Source: Cetorhinus maximus (Eukaryota). Taken from it: DNA of 64,000 nucleotides. The notes below the pieces were generated by a model. It was not told the origin of the DNA and did no database searches. It saw only the letters and a list, made by a program, of their open reading frames with translations. Positions within the stretch are counted from its first letter, which is position 1. Every line of letters starts with the position of its first letter. The stretch covers positions 107,198,001 through 107,262,000 of the forward strand of contig NC_135890.1 in the NCBI RefSeq assembly GCF_964194155.1, read 5' to 3'. The position numbers and the translations under genes are program-made. Shown in pieces: positions 52,592 to 64,000 of this stretch.

Positions 52592-53326
52592 AGAAGCCGA
52601 CCACTGCTCACGATTGGGGCCGGACCGTGATTTCATGCTGGTGGGCCAATTAAGGCCCGCCCAGCGTGAAACGCGCACTGCAGCACGGCCTGTATTGGGG
52701 GGGAAGGAGGGCAAGAGTGCAAGTTCGCGCAAGCGCGAGTAGGAAAAGCTCCCTGAGGCACAGAGCTGCCTCAGCGGAATGAAGTTATGAAAATTTAAAA
52801 AGAAAGCATTTTAAGATGTTAAAAAACATGTCCCCTCATGTGACTCTGTCACATCAGTAAGGACATGTTAGAAATTAGTATGAACATTTTTTTAAATGAC
52901 GGATTGAAATCTCATCCCGTCTGTGGATGAGGATTCGCAAAAAATGCAAAGGCCGCTTTGACCGCAAAGGCTGAGCTGAGAGATGGTGATCGTCTTCCTG
53001 CTAAGTACAGAGTGGAGCTGCTGGCTATCTATGCCTGGGGGCAAGGCAATAGGCAGGAGAGAGTCAGCACAGCTGAAGGGCTCCAGACAGTCCTTGAACT
53101 GATCTGCACATATCAACATCTGTGTATCCACTGGACCAAGTAGGTGACGAGCTGAACGCCAACCGTAAGGTTGGACAGGCAGCAAAAAATTTAAATCAAT
53201 TAGGTTGTTAATGGCCTTAATAGGCCTGTTAGTTGTCGGTGGGCGCACTGCCAATTCCTGCGCGTGCCCATCAACCCAAATATCACACGTCATGTACACC
53301 TGCCCAACGAGCGAGGAATCCTGCCC
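52592..53326 (+). mobile_element. Harbinger-related MITE carrying an inserted OAS exon-4 fragment
   Basis: Shares gggccaattaa.gcccgcccag with the Harbinger left end (~36510). Ends aatcctgccc|taa. Inverted homolog of 54252-54914. Confidence 0.78.
52963..53140 (+). pseudogene. Partial diverged copy of OAS/OASL exon 4
   Basis: ELRDGDRLPAKYRVELLAIYAWGQG..TAEGLQTVLELICTYQHLCIHWTK*. It lacks the native acceptor and the 3' part of the exon. Confidence 0.88.
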
Positions 53327-53600
53327 TAACTTTCTGTGGAGAGTTTAACTTGTAAATAAACACAAATATAGCAATTCCTTGAAATACACAAGGTGTTTGA
53401 CAGTGAAACTACCGACAGAACAGCGCCAATCATCCAGCAATTTATGCTGATTCCAAACCCATGGGGTTTCTCTTTCCGACCTTGAATTGTTGGATGATTT
53501 CCACAATAATAACAATGAGCGCCATTAAACTTGTCAATATTTTGCCAGCAAACCCCAGCCTATGGTTAATAATTGTTTTTGGAACTGTTTTATTTTTCAG

Positions 53601-53733
53601 GCCAATAATTCTTGACCCAGCTGACCCAACTGGAAATGTGGCTTTGTCTAATGGATGGTATGTCATGGTGGCTGAGGCTAAGAAATGTCTGAGCATGCCA
53701 TGTGCCTCTCAAGTTCCAGAATGGGAATTCCAG
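53601..53733 (+). CDS. OASL: OASL exon 5
   Basis: RPIILDPADPTGNVA..W..EAKKCL..W (OAS signature). Acceptor tttttcag, donor CAG|gtaaaa, phase 0. Confidence 0.95.
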
Positions 53734-54251
53734 GTAAAACAGTTTTAATAAATCATAAAGTTTTGAAACAAAACAGTATAAAATGTAGAAATTTTGTAGA
53801 TTGTGTTGTTCAATCTAGGAGTTCCATCTGTATAGAATACATAGGACCATAGGACTGAGGAGCAGGATTTGAAATTAGCTCTCAGACGCAAAGGATCATG
53901 TTCTCATTGGGGAGAATTTTCGACGAAGTCACCACCTGTCATTTTACGTGTTGGCGAGCGGGGCCTGCCCCCTCACGCTGACCCGAAGATTCAGGCCATT
54001 AATTACCTCAATCCTCCTTTGGAAACTTCATTCTTTAAAGCAAGCTGGAAATGATAGACCAGTTGCCGGGATTTAAAGATATATATAGAGAGTCACATTA
54101 ATCAGAAGCTCCCCAGGTTCAATTCTCAGTCCATACAGAGTTAGAGGATATCAACGAGGTGAAGGTGGGAGTGCTACAATTCACCTCAACACCCCTGTGC
54201 TCAAGCTGCAGAAAGAATCAGCTGGGATTCCCGCTGACCACATATTATATG

Positions 54252-54914
54252 TGGACAGAAATTTTTTCTCGGTTGGTGGGCGCGTGCCTGACCCGCTGAA
54301 GCATGAAATGACACATGAGACCTTTGGCCAAACGTGCCGGGGTCAACGTGCAGTTGCGCAATAGTTCGGCCAACGGGTGTGCACTGGAGCCAAAGTGCGC
54401 CCGCCGGCAATTAAGACCATTAAGTAATTAATTAACGTAAATTTTTCACTGCCTGCCCAACCTAATGGCTGGCGGGCAGGCGAAAAGACCAAGCAGCCTT
54501 TGCATTTTTTTTGGAAACCTTATCCACAGGCGGACGAGTTTTGCAAGAGCAAATAAAAATAAAATAAAATCTTTAATTTTTAATTAACAACATGTCCCTG
54601 CTTATGTGGTAGAATCACATGAGGGGACATGTTTCAGTACATTTTTAATTTTTATAATTATTTTCTTTCATATCTCTTACGGCTGCCTCAGGGATGTTAT
54701 GCAGCATTCACTCCCGCGTATTCGTGAAGTTCACACCCTTCCTGATCACTCTCCTCCCCCCCCTCACACAGGCACCGCTCAGCGTTGCCACTCACATGTC
54801 ACGCTGGGCGGGCCTTCATTGGCCGCCAGCGTGAAATCTCGGTGCAGTGCCGATCGCGAGCGGCTTCCCAACCAGCCCTGCCGAGCCCGCAGGCCAAGGG
54901 CAAAATTCTGCCCC
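54252..54914 (-). mobile_element. Harbinger-related MITE
   Basis: Ends ggacagaaatttt / aaaattctgcccc match the Harbinger right TIR. Possible 3-bp ATG TSD. Confidence 0.78.
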
Positions 54915-55302
54915 ATGTGTGTGGGTATCAGATAAATATAAGATCCAACTGGGTTGGACAGTTGAGTGAAACTCACTGTCTAAGCTCACACAAGAACAAT
55001 GGCCACTTGTGTGAGATACGGAGTGTAGTTATCACATCATAACAATCAATCAGGAGAGAAAGGATGAAAATTAAGGAGATAAAAGCAAAAAACTGCAGAT
55101 ACTGGAAATCCAAAACAAACACAAAAATACCTGGAATAACTCAGCAGGTCTGGCCGCATCTGCGGAGAGGAGCACAGTTAACGTTTCGAGTCCGAAAGAC
55201 CCTTCAACAGAACTAAGTGAAAATTAAGGAGATGTAATTATCAGAGCACTTAGAAACCAGGACACAACTCATTGCTACATTCTTATTTTTTTTTTGTCTT
55301 AG

Positions 55303-55776
55303 CCAATAAAAGAGTTTGAAATCACTGTGTTTACACTGGATGGGAGCTCATTAAGCCTGAATGTCAATATTGACAACAAAATCTCAATGATCAAGAAACA
55401 AATCCAGCAAGAATGGGACATTCCAGTTTACCAGCAACGCCTGAGCTTTAATAAAGCCATTCTGGATGACAACAAATCCTTGTTGCATTCCGGAATATTC
55501 TTTGATGCAAGGCTCCATCTGGTCATCACAACGTCAATGCAGATATTCGTCAGGACTGTAAATGGGCGTGACCTGACACTTGATGTATCCCCAACTGACA
55601 AGGTTTTGAGCCTGAGAAATAAGATTGAATCTCAGGAGCGCCTTTCATCGAGCCAATACTACCTGACCTATGGATCGATACCATTAGAAGACGGCCGCAC
55701 ACTGGAATCCTACGGCATTCAGCAACATTCCACCATCACCATCAACTTGCGTCTCCGTGGAGGCAAGGAGACTTGA
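55303..55776 (+). CDS. OASL: OASL exon 6: two tandem UBL domains ending LRLRGG-KET-stop
   Basis: Acceptor (t)n-gtcttag, in phase with exon 5. PIKEFEITVFTLDG..YQQRL..; MQIFVRT..LEDGRTLESYGIQ..LRLRGGKET. Confidence 0.93.
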   Translation, partial: PIKEFEITVFTLDGSSLSLNVNIDNKISMIKKQIQQEWDIPVYQQRLSFNKAILDDNKSLLHSGIFFDARLHLVITTSMQIFVRTVNGRDLTLDVSPTDKVLSLRNKIESQERLSSSQYYLTYGSIPLEDGRTLESYGIQQHSTITINLRLRGGKET

Positions 55777-56069
55777 AAATTAATCATGAAACTAATGACT
55801 ATAAAGTGAATTTCACTATTACATAATATCAACTGAATTGAATTAGAATTAGATTTAACCATACATACTGCATATTAATTCTTCCTGCATCAGAGAATAC
55901 GTACAAATTAAATAGAATTTGTATGCAAATGAGATCAAATTTAAGGAAGATTTAGAGTGGATGTGATCCTCTGAATTCTGAAACATGTTTAAATTATTTA
56001 TTGAAGAAATGACAATTAACAGGAAAACAATCATTTACATTTATTTTACATTACGTATTGGCAGCAGTT

Positions 56070-56079
56070 AATAAATAAA
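56070..56079 (+). terminator. OASL polyadenylation signal(s)
   Basis: Overlapping AATAAATAAA about 300 nt after the stop, in an AT-rich 3' UTR. Confidence 0.65.
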
Positions 56080-56467
56080 GCTTCTTTAAATTATTATCGA
56101 TTATTTGACTGATTCTGTTCACATAGATCATGGATTCATTTGCTTTAATTAGCTGTTATGAATATTTTAAGTTTGCTTACATACTAAGGTACAGTGAATA
56201 GATTTGTGAAGTAAATTGGATGTATTACAATAACCTTAGTATCACAGAGTTGTACACCTCAGAAGGAGGCCATTAGGCCCATCATCTGCGTCGGTTCTTT
56301 CAAAGAGCTATCCAATTATTCATATTCCCTTGAATGTTTCTCCTTTTCAAGTATATATCCTGTTTTCTTTTGAAGATTACTGTTGAATCTGTTTCCACAA
56401 TATCGCAGTAGATGAACTATCTAATGCTGCACAATAGTGAGCTGATCAATCAGGGCCATAACTCATT

Positions 56468-57693
56468 GGGTGGAATCCTCCGGTCCTGTTGGCAGTGGGC
56501 ATCATGGTGGGCGTGAGCAGACAATGTGGCAAGAAGGCCAAAAATTGGTTTTACATCATCATGAAACCATCCGCCCCACCCCCAATGGCGGGGCCGCGTT
56601 TCCCGCCGCCACACATCGGGAACCTAATTTCAATACTTTAGCATCTCATTATAAGCTCTGTTTACTGGAATCATTCCCCCCACACTGAATCATCCAGGCA
56701 TCATCACACTGACATGTTTCACAACTCTACATAAGTAATGTGCATCTGGCGAGCTGCACTGCGCTCGGGACTTTGAGGTTTTTTGCCTACCTTGCTTAGG
56801 GCAACACTTGTGGTCATCAGTGCCAGGCTTTGCAGGCTACACCACATCTCTTTTAGGGGTGCTCACGGGGAGGTTTATAGCTACCAGATCTGCCGTAAGG
56901 CGGAGGTGGCTTTTCAATGGCTGCAGGGCTAGGGCTTGCTTGGGGGAGGGGGAGAACTCAGACAAGGAAAGAGGCTGCTGGGCGAAGGCTGTACTGGGGA
57001 AGGAGGGTATCCCAGGATACGTGTGGGGCTACACGTTGATCAAGATGGTTAGGGCTGAGGAGGTAGTCTCCAGAGGAGATGAGGCCAGATGGAAATGTGA
57101 GGGTCTGTGTGAGAGAGTGAGTGGTGATGTCCCTTGAGCTCGCAGTGAGTGAGATGCCGGTGAGTGTGTGACTGCCTTGTGAGTGTGAGAGTTTAGAGCG
57201 ATAAGATGGTTGCCTTACCCTGGTGGCACAGATCAGATCATTCATCCTCTTTCTGCACTGGATGGCCAACCTCATCTGAGCAGCACTGCCAATGCCTCTC
57301 AAGCCGGAGTGGAGAGATTGGTGGACCTACTGTGGCCAGAGCGGGAGAGTGGAGGACATCACGGTGGGTCTACAAAATGCATTCCATTCACTGAACTCTT
57401 CATGGGTTTCAGGGCCATGTTTTCACTGGAGCAGTCCCGGGCTGCAAGCATTGAGGATTGTGTGTGTGGTTGCAGTTTAGATAATGCACCAAGAGTGAGG
57501 AAATGGTGAGGTAAGGGCGGGGCAGGCGATTCAGAGGCCACACACCAGTGAGACAGCATGTTTCCTGTGGCTGCTTATTTTAAAGAGGCGGGAAGTGGAA
57601 GATATGGCACGAAAACCCACCATTGCGGCCAGCAGGTCAAATGTCGTTTTTCACGCCCACCACCGCACTTAGTACAAATCTGGGATGATTCTG
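56468..57693 (-). mobile_element. Harbinger deletion derivative with a Myb/SANT remnant
   Basis: Minus strand IQCRKRMNDLI followed by a donor-like gtaagg, similar to IQCRKRFNDLL at ~36973. TIR-like ends gggtggaatc / gattctgc. Confidence 0.6.
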
Positions 57694-58544
57694 CTTATTC
57701 ATTAATAAGATTGGCCTCTGGGTTTTCATTAATATTTAGTGAGTAACTAACATCTAATTTCATATCTATAAAGGCTCTCCTGACTTTCTCTTCCTTACCT
57801 TGTTGGATTTAATGTAAAGGGTTTCACCTACCGGCCAATCATTCTCTTACCTTTAATTTTCAAACAAAAAGCAAAATACTGCAGATGCTGGAAATGTGAA
57901 AATGTGTGGAAAATGTTGGAAACACTCAACGGGTCAGACAGCATCGGTGGACGCAAGTGTCCACTTTGGTTTCTGACCTTCTTGTGAAAGTTGACAATTG
58001 AAAGCTATGGCCAAGAGCAGCCTTTAACAAGGACAGGACATAGAGAGGGGGAAGAAAAGAAATACAACGATTAAAAAAACAGGAAATAGTTAACTGGCAG
58101 AACTGATAAAAGGATGAGACTTCAGGAGATGTAACGAGACATATGAAAGATAGATGTGGAAAGCAATCTTTTGTTATTCATTCACAGGACGTGGGCTTCG
58201 CTGGCTAGGCCAGCATTTTTACTGGCCATCCCTAATTGCCCTAGAGTAGATTATGATGAAAGGTCATTGTGTTGAAACGTTAACTCTGTTTTTCTCTCTC
58301 CACAGATGTTGCCTGACCTGCTGAGTATTGCCAGCATTTTCTGGTTTTATTTCACATTTCCAGTATCTGCAGTAGTTGCTCTTGTGGAGAGGTGTGGAAA
58401 GTGTGTGAACAGTTTTCAAAAATGTGAGGCTGAGGCAGGTAGAAAGGGAAGCACAAAAAATTCACAAAGTACAGATGCAAGCAATTGGATTACACACATC
58501 GTACTGATCTAGTGTCACCTGTTTCTGAACTTTTGGGCAATCGA

Positions 58545-58790
58545 TACAAGGGCAACGTGAGGGAGAGCTTTTTTACACAGCAAGATGGTGATGCACCTGA
58601 ACTCACTGCCTACCAGGATGGTGAAAGCAGGGGTGATCAGTGATTGTAAAAGGAAATTGGATCAGCAGTTGAGGGATATAAACTTGCAGGGCTACAGGGA
58701 TAGAATGGGGACTGACTGGGTTACTCTGCAAAGAACCAGCATAGACTGGATGGGCTCAATAGCCTCTTCTCTGTGTCCTAATGATCCCAA
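58545..58790 (+). mobile_element. Degenerate CR1 3' fragment
   Basis: FFTQQDG..LNSLPTRMVKA..CKRKLD..LQGY. Confidence 0.6.
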
Positions 58791-60454
58791 ATCTATATTT
58801 AATATTGCTTCCCAGTTACAAGGGTGGAATTTGTACCTGGTTATGATTTGGTTTGTATGCATATATTTCTTGTATTAATTATTCATCACTAACTTCATTG
58901 TCTATATGTCTTCTTGTGGGGATTAATCCTTTCCATTGAAATTTCAATAAAATTTGCAAATCTGCCTTCCCAATGCCTTCTCAAGGCATTCTCACTAAAA
59001 CCATGTTTTGGGTTGGCTCTCATAACACTGAGCTGTGCATCCACCACATTCAAATAATACAATCAAATTGTCACTTACTGGAATCCCCATGGTGTGAAAA
59101 TTAGGAATTTGAAGCTCAATTGACCGGATCCCCAAAGACTTCTTGGATTGGCCCTTTGGCAAGCTGATCAAAACAATGGGCTCTCAAATAGGATATCAAA
59201 GTAGTACCTCCTACAGTGTTCACTCCCTCAATACTAGACCCTAGTCTAGAATAGTGCTTCCCAAACTATCTTCCAATTTGATTCTAATTGAACACATGAA
59301 ATTTAACACGATCCCAGGTACAACAAAAACAAAACAGCAATAAAGCTGCGTAGCAACATTCAGTACCTAATGAGTAAAGTTTGCATATTATATAGATCAT
59401 ATAATACGTCGTATAAAAATGAAAATCTGTGCTTGTAAAGTACTTTGTAAAAATGTTATTGTTTTATGTACTCACCGGTCCATTACTTCATCTGTGCTGC
59501 TCCAGCTCATGGGCCTTGGCTAGGAAGCAGCAGAAGTACAGGTTAAGGGTCTTGAGGTGGCTGATGTTGATGAGGTGGTTACACAGCGCCAGGGTGATGG
59601 ATTTGCACTCAGCCAGGCAACAGCTCAGGCCACCAGGTTCATGGTTGGCGATGGATTTGAGACTCAGTGAATCGGCCATAGGCAGTAGTCACTGGCTTAT
59701 AGGGGAGACTGAGTGACGAATATGGCAAGGGCAGTGTCTGATGCTGCCTGCGTCTCAGTGCAGTTGCTGGGCACAGTCTCAGAGGAGGGGGGAGATCGAT
59801 CTGGGCTTCACACTGGTGGTGTTTTGAGCAAAGCACATCACCCTCAGCTTCAGGCCCGCCACCCCCCACCACCCCTCACCACCAACCACCCCCCACCCAC
59901 CCCCACCCACCCTCACCTCAACACCATCAAATTTAATCACGTAAGATCATAAGAAATAGGAACAGAAGTAGGCCCCACCATTCAATAAGTTAATGGCTGA
60001 TCGAACTGCGCTTTTAAGTCCACTTTCCAACCTGCCTTCTATAGCCCTTGACTCCCTTGTCAATCGAAAAATTGTCTTGATGTGATTATCAGGTTAGGAT
60101 TTGTGTTAACATTGGAGTTTAGCTGGAATAATGGGGTTTCCTTTCAGCCGGGTAGTCATCGATCTGGGATGACCCAGGGCAAATCCTGTCACTTTGTATT
60201 GTGAGACATTGAGTTAAACTGATTAACAATCAATCTGGTAAAATGGCTAGCATCTGGAGGTTTGGTGATAATCTCACTTCAATATACATATACATCCCTC
60301 ACAACCCCACTCACTAGTTTGTGAACTGCTGGTCTAAAATATGTGCTGAAGTTGGATTTATTGCACAGCTTTCTGACACGATGCATCTATGGCACATCTA
60401 CTACTGAAATACAGCCTGAATAAATTATATTAGCCTGAGCAATTCTATTATCAT

Positions 60455-61140
60455 TCATTTTTCAATTCATTTATGGGATGTGGGCCTCGCTGGCTAGACC
60501 ATCACCTATTGCCCATCCCTAATTGCCCTTGAGAAGTGGTGATGAGCTGCTTTCTTGAATCACTGCAGCCCATGTGGTATAGGTACACCCACAGTGCTGT
60601 TAAGGAGGGTGGTAATGGTAGAGTGTGGGATATGCTGGGCCGTACAATTCTGGTGCTGCTGGTGGCCCACAGAGCCTGCTGTCCAGTCTTGACCTGTTTG
60701 AAATCTAGACCATTTAGCAAAGCGGTAGAGCCACACAACACAATGGGGTGTATCCTCTTTGTGATGATGGGACTTTGTCTCTGCATGGACTGTGCTGTGG
60801 TCACTCCTACCACTACCATCATGGACAGATGCATTGGCAGCATGTTGGTGAAGATGAGGTCAAGTACATTTTTCCCCCTCTTCTTGGCTCCCACACCAAC
60901 TGCCCGCTGCCCAGTCTAGCAGCTATGTTCTTTAGGACTCAGCCAGCTTGGTTTGTGCTGCTGCTTCCAAGCATTGAAGCCCCCCACCAGGATTCCCCTC
61001 AGACCATCCTCCAAATGGTGTTCAACATTCAGCAGGAGTTCTCCTTGCCCCTGTCATGCCATGAGACTTCATGGGGGTGCTGGAGTCAAGGTTGACGACT
61101 CAACCATATACCACTGTGCCAGCAGGCCTGACGGATCTGT
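60455..61140 (-). mobile_element. Internally deleted LINE of the same family as 17611-19251
   Basis: Its 3' end is the reverse complement of ~19110-19240 (gggatgtgggcctcgctggctag..ccctaattgcccttgagaag). An APE remnant (VLDLIFTN) lies upstream. Confidence 0.65.
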
Positions 61141-61479
61141 CCTGTCGGTGGAATTTGAGGTTCCCTGGAGCATTAGCCTGGGTTGTTGGATTACTAGTAT
61201 AGTGAAAATATCACTATGCCGCCGCATGCCCTGTACAAAGCTTCATTCTTTCAGGCCTGTTGCAATACAACCAATTTTAATAACTTCGCTTTGTTGACAC
61301 AAGATTCCTTTTTTATGTATTTACCAGTTTCCATATTACACATGTTCTCATCTCTAGACTGAATTTCTTTAATGTCCTTCCTGGTGTTTTCCTAAACTTC
61401 ATCCTCCATCCACATAAAGTGCAGATAATTGTTTTCAGTCAGAAATTATAATCATTCTTTTATTTGTCGAATGCATAAT

Positions 61480-64000
61480 CTATGACTCTGTGACTATCAT
61501 GCACTCATTCTGATTCAGCCCCTATGATGAAAGGCACTGACTTTATTTTATACCCCCTGTGACACCTCAACTGTAAGGAAACAGGGAAGGGATTACAGTG
61601 ATGTGGCTGATAATGCACGATGGCATCTCCACATTGGTAACAGTGATGTAAATTATATAATTCTAGTTTTTGTACAGATTGAGGAGAAGTTACAAAAACT
61701 GAATTTGGCCACACAATGTCCTGTGTCCTGAGCAGTGATCCATAGACAAGTGCTTGATGGCCAGCACAGATACGATGGGCCGAAGCGTCTGTTTTTGTGC
61801 TGTATAACCACATGACGCTATGACTCTAATACAATATTTCCTGGGCAGGTGCCTGAGTTGAGTGTTTGGAGTTGGTTTATGTGAGATTTGGGGAGAGTGA
61901 GGGAAGGTGAAGGTGAGGTTGATCAGCCCTGATTTGAATGGCAGAGCTGGTTCAAAGGACTAAACCTCTACTCCTTCTGATGTTCTTGGTTGATTTGGCA
62001 GTGCACCAATATTGTGAAAAGCTCGCCAAATGAAAGATTGCTTCTATTCTGAACTGATAGTGAGGGTGATGACAGATTGAAATACAAATCTAGAGCTAAC
62101 GCAAAAGGGCAGAGGAATCAGTTCTCCTCTTAAAAATTAAATTAGTCATTTTGGCCGAGATAATCATCTTATCCTGATGTAACATGTAACTGAGCTAGAG
62201 AAGCTCTCCACCAAAAGTGCGCCCTCAAAATGGCTGCTGTATTCCCCTTCCACATTCTGGAAGCAAATTAACTCTTGCAATTAAATGAAACAAGGGAGTG
62301 GGGTTCCCCATATTTTCCTTTCTTTGTGCCCGGTTACCATCCCTGAAAATCAGCACCAGTTTACAAGTGGCAATTCTTAACCAATCAGAGATTGGGAAGA
62401 TGAAGAGGAGAAAGGTGCAGGAGGCCAATCAGGATGAAGATGCCGAGAAGTAAGGTGGGTCCAAACACCTCACGACCATCAAACAGGCACGAGCACTGAT
62501 CCTTGCAGCACCCAACTAGTTACATCCTGCCAACCAGAAAATGGCCCGTTTATTGCTACTCTCTGTTTTCTGACCATTAACCGATTCTCTGTTCATGTAA
62601 TATATTAGCCCCAATCCCATGAGCCCCAATCTTTTGAAATAAACTCTTGGGCGGCACATTATCGAATGCCTTTGGAAAATCCAATTAAAATAAATCCACT
62701 GGTTCCCCCTCATCTACCCTGCAACTCAGAACCTCAACAAACTTTAACAAATATATAGACACAATTTCCCTTTCATAGTTCCATGCTGACTTTGACCAAT
62801 CAAATTATGTTTTTCTAAGTGCCCCATTATCATTTTGCTGATAATAAATTGCCGCACGTTCCTTACTGTTGTCGTCAGACGTCTACGCCTCCCTGTTTCT
62901 ATCTCCTTTCGTTTCTTCAATAGTTGGGTTATGTTTGATCGTTCCAATCCATGAGGACTGTTTGAGTATCTATGGAATCGTGCAAGACCCAATGCGCCCA
63001 CTATCTCTGTAGCCAGATCTTTTAAACCCTAGGAAGACGGCGATGGGTCCAGGGAATCTGTTACCTTTTAGTCCCATGAATTTCTCTAGCACTTTTTTCA
63101 GGATACTATTAGAGTAATGCTGCGGACTTTAATCTTCATAGCGACTGGATAAAATAAATCTGCTGTAGTAATGTGGGGGATAAGGTTATAGAATGCAGTC
63201 AAAAATGTTTTCTAGATCAGTGTCAGCAACCAGCCACAAGGAGAGGCCCCTAATTGTGGCACTAGATAGGGAACACAATCTTAGGGACTCCTGGCTGTGG
63301 CTCCAGAGAACAGTATGCATCTCTCTGATTATACTGTCCTCTGCCATTACCACATTCCTCCCCCACAGCCAACACTCAATGTAAATGGCCTCATGTAGCA
63401 TGGTGCTGTGGTCTGTTTTCTCAACACCAGATTTTTTTATCATTCAGACAGGCAGCAGGAAGCCCATGCCTGTTAGATAAGGACAATGGCTGAGGTCCCC
63501 TGCACTGCACGATTGTGCTATGCTGTCTATGTTCCTATTTTCTTATCCGCCTTGTGTCTCCTTACCGACCTGACCCACAGTCACACCGTCCTGGACCTGA
63601 CCACTAATTAGACACTATGGGCACTACCTAACGTAAGGAGTGTGGCTGCCTCCTGGATAAAGTGTCCAGCTAACAGTCTTGCTCCCTAATGCCCCACAAT
63701 GCCTGCATCTCAGACTCCAGCTCAACAAATCCAAAGTTGTACTTCCTTGGGATTCAGACACTTACTGTGGATGTGGTTGTCAGCAATTGCAATGCTGTCC
63801 ACAAACTCCCACATGCTGCTGTTGTGGTAAAGCACCTGCACTGTCATCACTTGCAGTCATTGGCACCACTCCAAAAAAAAACACAACTGCTCTGATCTGA
63901 GAGCCTCTTGTTGAATCTTGTGGCTGCATTGAGTTTCTGGAATGTCTCAGTCACCAGGGTGTCCCTGACATTATGCCACACCTCCGGCATTGCATTGCAA
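61480..64000. repeat. Third copy of the ISG15 A-B intergenic segment (runs off the window end)
   Basis: Colinear with ~7775-10520 and ~29130-31840, with a ~200-bp deletion at ~63850. Confidence 0.92.

Noticed and set aside
52958-53143. Mutually exclusive alternative exon 4
   Set aside because: It has no polypyrimidine acceptor, is 3'-truncated with an in-frame TAG, and is embedded in a MITE.

Overview
Eukaryotic, repeat-rich vertebrate genomic DNA. The CR1, Harbinger and Penelope content suggests a cartilaginous fish, but that is an inference. The window is an interferon-stimulated gene cluster. It has four minus-strand ISG15-like di-ubiquitin genes of two paralog types, ordered A1-B1-A2-B2 and produced by a ~21.4-kb tandem segmental duplication (offset 21380). 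Each has a probable non-coding exon 1 and an ISRE-containing promoter. B2 has lost its ATG. Head-to-head with the array is a complete six-exon plus-strand OASL gene (502 aa). It keeps all three catalytic aspartates and ends in two ubiquitin-like domains with LRLRGG-KET, which resembles a processable conjugation tail. A third copy of the A-B spacer begins at ~61.5 kb, so the array probably continues beyond OASL. The rest is CR1 and other LINE remnants, a decayed two-gene Harbinger transposon with related MITEs (one carrying an OAS exon-4 fragment), Penelope and LTR-element fragments, and a minisatellite. The most notable signal is the physical linkage and matching exon geometry of ISG15 and the OASL UBL exon.
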